From: an uncultured Gemmatimonadales bacterium
GTDB lineage: Bacteria > Gemmatimonadota > Gemmatimonadetes > Gemmatimonadales > GWC2-71-9
Direction: 5' to 3'
NCBI GenBank assembly: GCA_963748815.1
Contig: CAVVKJ010000019.1
Coordinates: 32,001 to 96,000, forward strand
DNA length: 64,000 nucleotides
Below are positions 50,660-59,372 of this stretch, piece after piece. The notes under the pieces are model-generated. The model saw only the letters and a program-made list of their open reading frames with translations. It had not been told where the DNA came from and ran no database searches. Numbering within the stretch: position 1 is the first letter of the stretch; every line of letters starts with the position of its first letter. The position numbers and the translations under genes were made by a program.

Positions 50660-53600
50660 CAGTCCGCCTTGTCGTTGACACCGGGACACCACCCGACCCG
50701 CTTGTACCCGCAGAACCCGCATTCCTTCGGATGGGCGGTCAGCTCCGCGCCGCCCGCGTCGATGGCGGCCAGCGCGTCCTGCACGCGGCGCCGCGCCCCG
50801 GCCCGCTCTTCATCATCGATCGGCGTGCTGACCTGCGTCTCGGCGCGCGAGTACTGGAACGCGAACCGCGCCACTGGCATTCCGCCGATCGCCTCGGCGG
50901 CGGTCACGTACACGTCCCGCTGCAGCGCGTACCGGGCCGCGTTCGCGGCCGCCGCCGCGGCGTCACCCTGCGTGGTCTTCACGTCGAGCAGCACCAGGCC
51001 ATCCGCCTCGCGGGCAGCCAAGTCGATCATCCCCTCGATCTGCCGGTCCGCTCCCACCAGGTGCACGAACGGCAACTCGTGGCGGCTGGTCGGGTTCTCG
51101 GCCACCGCCCGATATTCCGCTTGCTCGGCCACCAACCGGATCTCCTCGCGCAGCATCTCGCGCAGGTCGCGCTCCTCCGCCGAGTCGGGCGGCATCGCCG
51201 AATCATCCCACCGACCGATCGCGGCATCGAGCAGCGCGTCGGTGTCGGCCTCCTCCTGCATCTGCTCCAGCACGTCGTGCACGATCTGCCCGCGCGCGAT
51301 GGCGCCGAGGTATCCCTGTCCCGTCCGCTCGACCGGCGGCTCCTTCAGCCCCGCCACGTATCGCAGCCAGTGCCGCCGAGCGCAGCGCCCGTGACTCATC
51401 AGCGAGGTGGCCGAATGGCGCGCCGGACCCACGGCCACCGGGAGCGGGCCAACCTGCGCCGGCAACTCCGCCGGGAGCGGCTCGACCCACGGATCTGGCG
51501 CCTCGACGGACGGTACCGGGGGACGAGGTGGTGCGAGGTGCACCGTCGCCACGAACTTTCGTCCTCCCTGGCCGGCATACTCAACCTCCCCCCCGTCGAC
51601 CACCGGCACGGCGAGTCGTCCCAGCAAGGCTCTGGCTGGGGCAGCTCCACTGCTGGTCGCGCCGCAGACTCCCGCCAGGGTCGATCGCTGCTTGGCCCGC
51701 GTGGCCGCCACATACCAGAGGCGCTTGTGCTCCGCGGCCGACTCCGCATCCTGCTCCGCCTTCAGCGCCGTCCACTCGGCGGGCTGCGGGTCATCCTTGC
51801 CGGCATCGGGATCCTTGAGCGCCAGCGTATCCCGGCCGATGAGGCAGGCGTCGGCGCCCCAGCCCCCGCCGGTCACCGGTTTCCGTTCGAGGTCGCACCA
51901 GAAGACGGTGTGCCACTCGAGCCCTTTGGCGCTGTGGATCGTGGTGAGCGTCATGACATCGTCGGTCGGGCCGTACAGCCGTTCATCTCCTTCTCGATCC
52001 TCGCGATCGCGGATGTCCCTGATGATCTGCAGGAAGTCGCCCACGCTCGAACCCGACTGCTGTCGGGCGATGCGCAGGAACTTTCGCACGTTGGCGATCG
52101 CCTGATTCCCCTGCGCGCCCTGCAGCACCAGGTGGCCCAGGTAACCGCTCCGGTCGAGAAGCCCTTCGAGCAGTTCGTGGATCGGCACGCGATCCCGAAG
52201 CACCATCCGTTCCCGCAGCAGCTCGATTCCCTCGGCAAGCCGTCCGGTTTCGGCCGTGACCGCCTGCGCCAGCGCATCCCACTGCGGCGAGTCCCCCTGC
52301 CAGGCGATCTGTAGCAGCGTTTCGTCCCTGAGCCCGACGAAGGGACTCCGCAGGAATCCCAGGAGCGCCCGGTCGTCCCGCGGATCCCGGATCGTCTCCA
52401 GCGCGAGGATGAGATCCAGCACCTCGCGCCGCTGGTAGAGTCCCTCGCCCCGCAGGGTGTAGGTCGGGACACCCGCCCGTTCCAGCGCCCGCTGGTAGAT
52501 CTCCACGTCTCCCATCCCGGCAAAGAGCGCCGCCATCTCACGGTATGGGACACCCTCCGCCTTCAGCTGCACCGCACGGCGAGCCACCGCCTCCGCCTCC
52601 GCCATCCGGCGCGGTTCCGCGGTGAGCGGCTCGCCGTCGGCGTCGCCCGGCACCACCAGGATTTCCACGGCCCGGTCCGCTGGTCCCTCGGTGGTGTCCA
52701 CCGCCGTGACCGAGCGGTAGTTCACCTCGAAGTCCCGGATCGTCGTCCCGTCGATCGGCGTGTCGAGCACCGGCCCGACGGTGGCATCCACGAACCCGAG
52801 AATCGGCGCGACGCTGCGGAAGTTGTCCTCCAGCGCCACGACCGTGCCCAGCCCGCCCTCCTCGAACGCCCGCTCGACCCCACGCCAAACCGTCACGTCG
52901 GCGCCGCGGAAGCGGTAGATGCTCTGCTTCGGGTCGCCGACCAGCATCAGGCGTGTGGTATCCGCTCGACCTGACTCAGGGTCGGCCAGCAGCCAGGCGA
53001 TGTCCCGCTGCACCGGGTCCACGTCCTGGAACTCGTCCAAGATCAGTGTCCGCAACCGGCGCTGCAGCAGCCGTCGAACCGATCCGTCGTTCCGCAGCAG
53101 GTCCCGCGTCCACACGATCATCCGATCGAAATCGATCGCGCCCTCGTCTTCCAGTCGACGCTCCAGCAGCAGCCGCGCCCGCTCCGCCAGCTCGGCCACT
53201 GCCCGCTCGCCCTCTCCGAGGCGCGTCGACTGCCGAATCCTCCTCAGCCGGTCGCCATCGCCGAGGAGGCGACGCACCCACCCTTCCACCTCGTCCTGGC
53301 GGCGCTGGGCCAGCAGGGCCTCCAGCCCCGGCACCGCATCCGCATCCAGCGCCTCGATCAGTGCGTCGCGCACCGCCTCAGCGGCCCGTGACCCGCTCTC
53401 CCCCTCCTCGAGCACGTTCATTCCGGGGTTCTGACCCGACCGCAGCGCCGACTCGCGGAGGATGTCACCACAAAATCCGTGGATCGTCCCGATCCGCGAG
53501 TTGTCGACCTGGTAGGCGACGTCGCCCAGTCCCGCCTCCCGGAGTGCCGCGCGGAGCTTGCGTTTCAGGTCGGCGGCAGCGGCGTTGGTGAAGGTGATCG

Positions 53601-53784
53601 CCCCGATCTCCTGCAGGTCGATGGGCGACTCGATCCGTTCTCCCCCCACCTCCGCGCCGAGGAGGTAAAGGATGCGCGCCACGACGGTGGAGGTCTTGCC
53701 GGTGCCGGCTCCGGCCGCCACCAGCACGTGGCGGTCGACGGCGCGGATCGCCTGCCATTGCGACGGCGTGGGTTGCCGCCTCAC
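50659..53784 (-). CDS. addA: AddA/AdnB-like UvrD helicase-nuclease
   Basis: AGAGTGKT, ITFTNAAA, LDEFQD, VGDPKQSIYRFRGAD, TIHSAKGLE, YVAATRA; nuclease GMID..DVKT. Confidence 0.88.
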   Translation of the reverse strand: MRRQPTPSQWQAIRAVDRHVLVAAGAGTGKTSTVVARILYLLGAEVGGERIESPIDLQEIGAITFTNAAAADLKRKLRAALREAGLGDVAYQVDNSRIGTIHGFCGDILRESALRSGQNPGMNVLEEGESGSRAAEAVRDALIEALDADAVPGLEALLAQRRQDEVEGWVRRLLGDGDRLRRIRQSTRLGEGERAVAELAERARLLLERRLEDEGAIDFDRMIVWTRDLLRNDGSVRRLLQRRLRTLILDEFQDVDPVQRDIAWLLADPESGRADTTRLMLVGDPKQSIYRFRGADVTVWRGVERAFEEGGLGTVVALEDNFRSVAPILGFVDATVGPVLDTPIDGTTIRDFEVNYRSVTAVDTTEGPADRAVEILVVPGDADGEPLTAEPRRMAEAEAVARRAVQLKAEGVPYREMAALFAGMGDVEIYQRALERAGVPTYTLRGEGLYQRREVLDLILALETIRDPRDDRALLGFLRSPFVGLRDETLLQIAWQGDSPQWDALAQAVTAETGRLAEGIELLRERMVLRDRVPIHELLEGLLDRSGYLGHLVLQGAQGNQAIANVRKFLRIARQQSGSSVGDFLQIIRDIRDREDREGDERLYGPTDDVMTLTTIHSAKGLEWHTVFWCDLERKPVTGGGWGADACLIGRDTLALKDPDAGKDDPQPAEWTALKAEQDAESAAEHKRLWYVAATRAKQRSTLAGVCGATSSGAAPARALLGRLAVPVVDGGEVEYAGQGGRKFVATVHLAPPRPPVPSVEAPDPWVEPLPAELPAQVGPLPVAVGPARHSATSLMSHGRCARRHWLRYVAGLKEPPVERTGQGYLGAIARGQIVHDVLEQMQEEADTDALLDAAIGRWDDSAMPPDSAEERDLREMLREEIRLVAEQAEYRAVAENPTSRHELPFVHLVGADRQIEGMIDLAAREADGLVLLDVKTTQGDAAAAAANAARYALQRDVYVTAAEAIGGMPVARFAFQYSRAETQVSTPIDDEERAGARRRVQDALAAIDAGGAELTAHPKECGFCGYKRVGWCPGVNDKAD

Positions 53785-56700
53785 ACCGCCTCCCGCGGCC
53801 CGCCGGCCACTCGGCAGATGTCGCGCGCATGGCAGAACGAGGGACAGCCGCAGGAGGGCGGCGGGTTGGCGGGGAATGCGCCGCCGCGCACACTCAGGAC
53901 GTGGCGCACTACGGCGTCGAGCGCGGCGTCCATCCGGGTCGCGTCCTCACCGCCGGTGAGCAGCGTCTTCGCCTTGCGATCCACGCTGACCAGCTGGAGA
54001 CTGTGCACCGCCTCCCGCTGCTTCAGCGCGCGATACTCCACTCGCGATACCACCGTGCCCGGCCGCAGCGCCGAAAGGGCGTGGGCGTAGAGCGGCACCT
54101 GGAGCACCACCCCCTCGTCCCACGCCTTCTTCTTGCCCCCGCCCGGCGCGGCGTACTTGCTCGACTTGTAGTCCACCGCCGCGACGTAGTGGCTCGACTC
54201 GACCCGCTCGTCGATGCCGACTTCCACCCGGTCGATGGTGCCCCGGAACCGGAACCGGACGCCTCCCCGTTCGAGGACCGCGTCCGTGAAGCTCAGCTCG
54301 TGGCGCTCCACGCCGGTCCGGAGCACGAACGCGTTGTTGGTGCGATTGTTGAACAGCTTCTCGTTGTAGGCGATCTCGAACTCGAGGTAGCGCGTCAGCA
54401 TCCGCGCCATGTTGGCCCGCTTCGCGGGGGCGAGGGAGGGATGGCCGAGCCAGTCCGTCTCCCCCGAGGCGTCGAGGGCCGCGTCGAGCGCGGCGCGGAG
54501 CCGCGGGATCGCCTCCGCGTGGTCGCCCTTGAGGAGCAGGACCGGCTCGCCGCGCCGCGCAAACTCCCCGTCGAAGAACCGGGCGAGCGCGTCGTGGAGG
54601 ACGGTACCGAAGGTCCTCGGGTCCATCTCGTCTTCCGGATCCTTCCGTTCCGAAATGCCGAGCAGCCTCGACGAGAAGTACGCCCAGGGACACTTGGCGT
54701 ACGCCTCGAGCTGGGTCGGGCTCCAGAGGTACTCGTCCCCGAACTGCCGGCCCAGTCGCGCGACGAGGTCCCGATCGGTGATCTGGCCGTTCCAGGGACC
54801 GGGCAGACCCCTGGCTCGGTCCAGCTCGACGCGCGCCGCATACTCCGCCTGTCGCGCTGCGCCAGGAGTCGCGGCGATCCGCACGCCGGGCGTGAGCACG
54901 CGCGACGGCGTCAGGGTGTCCTCCGCGAGCGTCGCCACTTCGCCGAGCGCCTCGATGAACGCGCTCCGCACCACTTCCCGGCTGGCCGGATCGATGCTCG
55001 CGTACGATACCGTGAGCGACTCCTGGGCTCCCGCAACAAGGACCCGGAAGAGTTCGCGTTCGCGGCGCTCCCACTCGGCGCGGAGCTCCAGCGAAACGCC
55101 CCCTGCCACGAGCGACGCCCGCTCCGATTCGTCGAGCAGTGGAGAGCCGGGCGCGCGCACCGGGAAGCGGCCCGACTCCATCCCCACCACGAACAGGTGG
55201 CGGACATGCCGGTACATCCCGGCAAGACCCTCAACCACCGGCACGCCCCGCCGGTTCGGCGACCAGAGCGCGATCTCGTGATCCAGCAGGTCGGTGAGTT
55301 GTGCGTGGAGATCCACGGCGCCGAGCGCGGTCGGGCTGGAGCCCCACTCCTCGACCGCCGTTTGCCACTCCTCCACCAGCGTCGTCAGTCCCTTCCATCC
55401 CTGGAGGTCGAGCCGCACCACGTCGAACCGGTCGCCCGGGACGCGCTCGATGCGCGCCTTCATCTGCCACGGATCGTCGGTGAGGAACCGGTGCAGCCAG
55501 GCGAGCCACTCCCTGAGCGGCTGGCGGACGTCGAGTTCGCGGGCCTGCGCAGCGAATCGGTCGAAGGTGGCTGATTTGCCGTCGGGCGCTGCATCTCGAA
55601 TGGCCGCCGCCCACTGCTCCAGGCCGCTCACGCGGCGCGCGAACCCGATCGCGTTGATCTGCGCGGCGTCCACGTCGTTCTCGAAGTACGGCTGGTCGGC
55701 CAGCTCCGCGAGCCCGTGCCGGGACCATCCGTCGGCGGCGGCGCCGAAGAGCGCGGCCAGGGCGCGGACCACGGGGATATCGCGCAGTGCGTGCCGGCGG
55801 CGCAGGGTGGCGGGCACCCCGAACCGTTCCAGCGCGGCGGCGGCCATCTCGGTATAGGGACGGGCCTGGCGGGCCACCACCGCCATCCGGTGCAGCGGGA
55901 CCCCGTTGTCCGCCAGTTCCCGGATGCGGCGCGCCACTTCCTCCATTTCGCGCTCCACGTCCGGCGCGGCGATGACCGCGACCGTTCCGGTGCGTGCCGT
56001 CGGGGATGAACTGAATAGCCGGGTGGCGATTGCCTCCGGCTCCTCGAGGCGCTTCACGGTCGGCGCGAGATCGTCACGGAGGTCGAGGAGTTCCGACGAG
56101 TAGATGGTGATGCGATCGAGGGCGGGGTGAGCGCGAAGCGCGCGGAGGAGTGGGCGCCACCCGTTCCGGAGATCCTGCAAACCGAAGAGCCGGAGCTCAC
56201 GGCGGCCGCCGAGCTGCTCGGTCGTCCGGTCAGGATCGGCCAGAATGGCCTGGGCGCAGTCCGCCCAGCCATCGCGTCCGTCCCGGCGCCCCGCGGCATT
56301 GAGTGCCTCGAGGTACCCGGCGTAAATGGCCGCGAGCTCGGCATCGCGCACCTGCTCGAAGTCGTCCCTTCCGTCCCGCCCCGCCAGCGCATTTGCGAAG
56401 TGCGCCGGTTCGACTCCCTCACTGACCAACTCACCGATGAGCCGATCCACCGCCGAGAGGAATCGTTCGAGGTGCCTGAGCCGGCCGAGGAGGCCGGTGG
56501 CGCGCTCGCGGATCAGGCGGGCGAGAAGGGTGCGGCGGTCGAGCTCGGTCAGCGGCCGCCGATCGGTCCGGCCCAGCCACGTCGGGAGTTCCTGGAAGGT
56601 GAAGAGCGGCGGATCATACCAGCCACCCACCCCCCGTTCGAAGGCGAGGGCGTAGAGGTCATCCCGGATGCCCCCCTGCCGGAGCGCCAGGACGACCGAT

Positions 56701-56825
56701 GGTGACGGGAATGGATTCTCTGGGGTGGCACGTTGTGGGACCAGGAACTCCGCCGCCGCCTGCTCGAGCAGCAGTCGGGGATCGGTGCCGAGGATCAGGT
56801 GCAGCTCGGCCTGGGCAGTGGCCAC
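53781..56825 (-). CDS. addB: AddB-like inactive helicase plus PD-(D/E)XK nuclease
   Basis: SPTQLEAYAKCP..YF, GTIDRV..VDYK, LQ.PLY, C-terminal Cys cluster. Confidence 0.82.
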   Translation of the reverse strand: MATAQAELHLILGTDPRLLLEQAAAEFLVPQRATPENPFPSPSVVLALRQGGIRDDLYALAFERGVGGWYDPPLFTFQELPTWLGRTDRRPLTELDRRTLLARLIRERATGLLGRLRHLERFLSAVDRLIGELVSEGVEPAHFANALAGRDGRDDFEQVRDAELAAIYAGYLEALNAAGRRDGRDGWADCAQAILADPDRTTEQLGGRRELRLFGLQDLRNGWRPLLRALRAHPALDRITIYSSELLDLRDDLAPTVKRLEEPEAIATRLFSSSPTARTGTVAVIAAPDVEREMEEVARRIRELADNGVPLHRMAVVARQARPYTEMAAAALERFGVPATLRRRHALRDIPVVRALAALFGAAADGWSRHGLAELADQPYFENDVDAAQINAIGFARRVSGLEQWAAAIRDAAPDGKSATFDRFAAQARELDVRQPLREWLAWLHRFLTDDPWQMKARIERVPGDRFDVVRLDLQGWKGLTTLVEEWQTAVEEWGSSPTALGAVDLHAQLTDLLDHEIALWSPNRRGVPVVEGLAGMYRHVRHLFVVGMESGRFPVRAPGSPLLDESERASLVAGGVSLELRAEWERRERELFRVLVAGAQESLTVSYASIDPASREVVRSAFIEALGEVATLAEDTLTPSRVLTPGVRIAATPGAARQAEYAARVELDRARGLPGPWNGQITDRDLVARLGRQFGDEYLWSPTQLEAYAKCPWAYFSSRLLGISERKDPEDEMDPRTFGTVLHDALARFFDGEFARRGEPVLLLKGDHAEAIPRLRAALDAALDASGETDWLGHPSLAPAKRANMARMLTRYLEFEIAYNEKLFNNRTNNAFVLRTGVERHELSFTDAVLERGGVRFRFRGTIDRVEVGIDERVESSHYVAAVDYKSSKYAAPGGGKKKAWDEGVVLQVPLYAHALSALRPGTVVSRVEYRALKQREAVHSLQLVSVDRKAKTLLTGGEDATRMDAALDAVVRHVLSVRGGAFPANPPPSCGCPSFCHARDICRVAGGPREAV

Positions 56826-56860
56826 GCTCGGCTCCGGACGTCGAAGAGGATGGAGGGGTC

Positions 56861-56924
56861 AATCTCACCCCGGCGTGTGACAGACCTTCATGCTCCAGGG
56901 ATTGTCACACCCCCATCTCAAGGT
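56861..56924. promoter_or_regulatory. Back-to-back PafBC-type promoters (toward addB and toward the acidic ORF)
   Basis: - TGTCAC-N10-GAGATT (56882-56861); + TGTCAC-N10-CAAGGT (56903-56924). Confidence 0.65.
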
Positions 56925-57009
56925 AAGATATCGCTCTTCGCGTCTTCGCGTCTTCGCGTGAGCTGCGGGCGAGCGCACCGTATCCTGCCGCGGGAGGAGG
57001 GTGGACTCT

Positions 57010-57213
57010 ATGGACAACATCTTCGACGATCCCTACATCTACTTCATGTTCGAGGACGAGGAAGACGAGGAGAAGAAGCGTCGCCAGGACGCGTTGCAGG
57101 AGGAACGCCGGGAAGAGCGGCGGATGGAACGGGAAGCCGAGCGGGAATTTGGGGACAGCGACGAGGAGGAGGAAGACCTACTGGACGACGACCTGGATGA
57201 CGACGACGAGTAG
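57010..57213 (+). CDS. Small highly acidic protein (67 aa, about half D/E)
   Basis: GGAGGAGG RBS, GC3-biased codons. Confidence 0.7.
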   Translation: MDNIFDDPYIYFMFEDEEDEEKKRRQDALQEERREERRMEREAEREFGDSDEEEEDLLDDDLDDDDE

Positions 57214-57231
57214 GGCCTGCGGGGACGGCAC

Positions 57232-57497
57232 CTCACGCGAAGCCGCGAAGCGTTTTTTTGTCACTCTCGTCATTTTTCTAAGTTTTTGGCAATATTTTGG
57301 CATTTCTTGCCATCATTATGTCCATTTCTTGTCGTTTTCGCGTCTTCGCGCCTTCGCGAGAGCCCTCGGACCACTGCGGCAGCACCTATCAATCATTGAC
57401 GAGAATCAGGTTGTTTGTCGTATTTTTTCCGTATTTCCGGCTGTTTTCCGCTGTTTTCCATCGTTTCTGTTGAATTCCGCGCTTTCGCGTGAGCCCC
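57232..57497. repeat. Family C-bounded T-tract elements
   Basis: CTCACGCGAAGCCGCGAAG..T-tracts..TTCGCGTCTTCGCGCCTTCGCGAGAGCCC..T-tracts..TTCGCGTGAGCCC. Confidence 0.75.
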
Positions 57498-57510
57498 CAA
57501 GCCCTCACCC

Positions 57511-57894
57511 CTACGGGTTGCACGGCACCCCTTCCCCACCGGACCCGTCTTCGAACCCGCAGCCGCAGGTCACCGCCGGGTCCACTACGACGGCGGCGTA
57601 GGTGAAGGGAGCCGCCTGGACCGTACAGCTCCCCGCCGAGACCGTCGCCCCGGCGGGATCAAGCACCGTCGTGGTGACCACGGTTCCGCCGGTGAACTCG
57701 GTGGTGACCTGCTTCCAGGTGGCGGGCAGGATCGAGTAGGTGCCGATCGTCCGCGGCCCAACCTGTACCTGCACCCGCAGATCGGTCCTGGCCGTCGAGT
57801 TGAAGTAGTCGATGTGCGTCGGATCCTTGGCGCCCGTCGAGTCGGTGGCGCACCCCGCCACGAGCAGGACGAGAACCGCGAGCCTTCGGAACAT
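57511..57894 (-). CDS. Small lipoprotein
   Basis: MFRRLAVLVLLVAGC lipobox. Confidence 0.7.
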   Translation of the reverse strand: MFRRLAVLVLLVAGCATDSTGAKDPTHIDYFNSTARTDLRVQVQVGPRTIGTYSILPATWKQVTTEFTGGTVVTTTVLDPAGATVSAGSCTVQAAPFTYAAVVVDPAVTCGCGFEDGSGGEGVPCNP

Positions 57895-58016
57895 GGTGCC
57901 CCCATGTCGTAATGGTGCCAGCCGCCAACGCTGGCCGATCCATAAACCTAGGCGCCGTTCCGCCGGAACGACATCGTCCACTAGCCCTCTCCATTTCTTC
58001 GCGCCAGATTGCCGGG

Positions 58017-59372
58017 ATGCGAACACTTCTCCTCGCCGCTGCCTTGGCCCTGCCGGCCGCGGCCACCGCCCAGACGCTCTCCGTCCCCACCGAGACCTTC
58101 ACCCTCCCCAACGGGCTGACCGTCGTGGTCCACGAAGACCATGAGAACCCGCTGGTGGCCGTGAACGTCTGGTACCACGTTGGCTCCGGCCGCGAAGAAG
58201 AGGGCCGGAGCGGCTTCGCCCACCTCTTCGAGCACCTGATGTTCCAGGGATCGGCCAACGTCGCCGACGAACAGCATTTCGGCCTGGTGCAGGAGGCCGG
58301 CGGCACCCTCAACGGCTCGACCAACACCGACCGCACCAACTACTACGAGACCGTGCCGTCCAACTACCTCGCCATGGCGATGTGGCTCGAGGCCGACCGG
58401 ATGGGGTGGTTTCTCGACGGCGTCACCCAGGAAAAACTCGACAACCAGCGCGACGTGGTGAAGAACGAGCGCCGACAGAACTACGAGAACCGTCCCTACG
58501 GCATCGCCTCGATCCGGACCAACGAGCTGCTCTACCCCGACGACCATCCGTACCACCACCCCACCATCGGCTACCAAACCGACCTGACCGCGGCCACGCT
58601 CACCGACGTGAAGGCGTTCTTTCAGCGCTGGTACGGTCCCAACAACGCGACGCTCGTGGTGGCGGGCGACGTGACCGCGGCGCAGGTGCGTGAACTCGCG
58701 GAGCAGTACTATGGGCCGATTGCGCGGGGCCCGGACGTGGCCAAGCCGGCGCCGCGTCCCGCCGTGCTCACCGTCGACAAGCGGCAGACGATGGAAGACC
58801 GCGTCACGCTCGCCCGTCTGACCCTCAGCTGGCCCGGGATAGAGATGTGGAACGCCGACCAGGCCCCCCTCTCAGTGCTCGCCGGCATCCTCGGGTCCGG
58901 CAAGACCGGCCGGCTCTACGAGCGGCTGGTCTACACCGAGGAGGTGGCCCAGAGCGTTTTCGCCTTCAGCAGCTCGGCGGAGATTGCGGGCGCGTTCAAC
59001 GTCACCCTCACGGCGCGCGACGGCGCCGGGTTGACCCAGCTCGAGCGGGAAACCCTTGAGGAGATCGCCCGCATCGCCACCGACGGGCCGACCCAGGCCG
59101 AGGTGCAGCAGGCCATCACCCGTGCGGAGGCGTCGTCGGTCTTCGGGCTGGTGTCGGTGGCCGGGGTGGCCGACCGAATCAACAGCTACCAGACCTTCCG
59201 TGGACAGGCCGATCTCTTCAACGAAGATCTGGCGCGTACTCGCGCCGTGACACCCGCCGACGTTCGCCGCGTGGCGCAGACCTACCTCCACGGCAAACCC
59301 AAGGTGGCGCTCTCGGTCGTCCCCCTCGGCAAGCCCGAACTCGCCTCGCAGCCGATGGAGACCACGCCATGA
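58017..59372 (+). CDS. M16 (pitrilysin) zinc peptidase, catalytic subunit
   Basis: Signal peptide, HLFEH, NGST..DRTNY, VKNERR. Confidence 0.93.
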   Translation: MRTLLLAAALALPAAATAQTLSVPTETFTLPNGLTVVVHEDHENPLVAVNVWYHVGSGREEEGRSGFAHLFEHLMFQGSANVADEQHFGLVQEAGGTLNGSTNTDRTNYYETVPSNYLAMAMWLEADRMGWFLDGVTQEKLDNQRDVVKNERRQNYENRPYGIASIRTNELLYPDDHPYHHPTIGYQTDLTAATLTDVKAFFQRWYGPNNATLVVAGDVTAAQVRELAEQYYGPIARGPDVAKPAPRPAVLTVDKRQTMEDRVTLARLTLSWPGIEMWNADQAPLSVLAGILGSGKTGRLYERLVYTEEVAQSVFAFSSSAEIAGAFNVTLTARDGAGLTQLERETLEEIARIATDGPTQAEVQQAITRAEASSVFGLVSVAGVADRINSYQTFRGQADLFNEDLARTRAVTPADVRRVAQTYLHGKPKVALSVVPLGKPELASQPMETTP

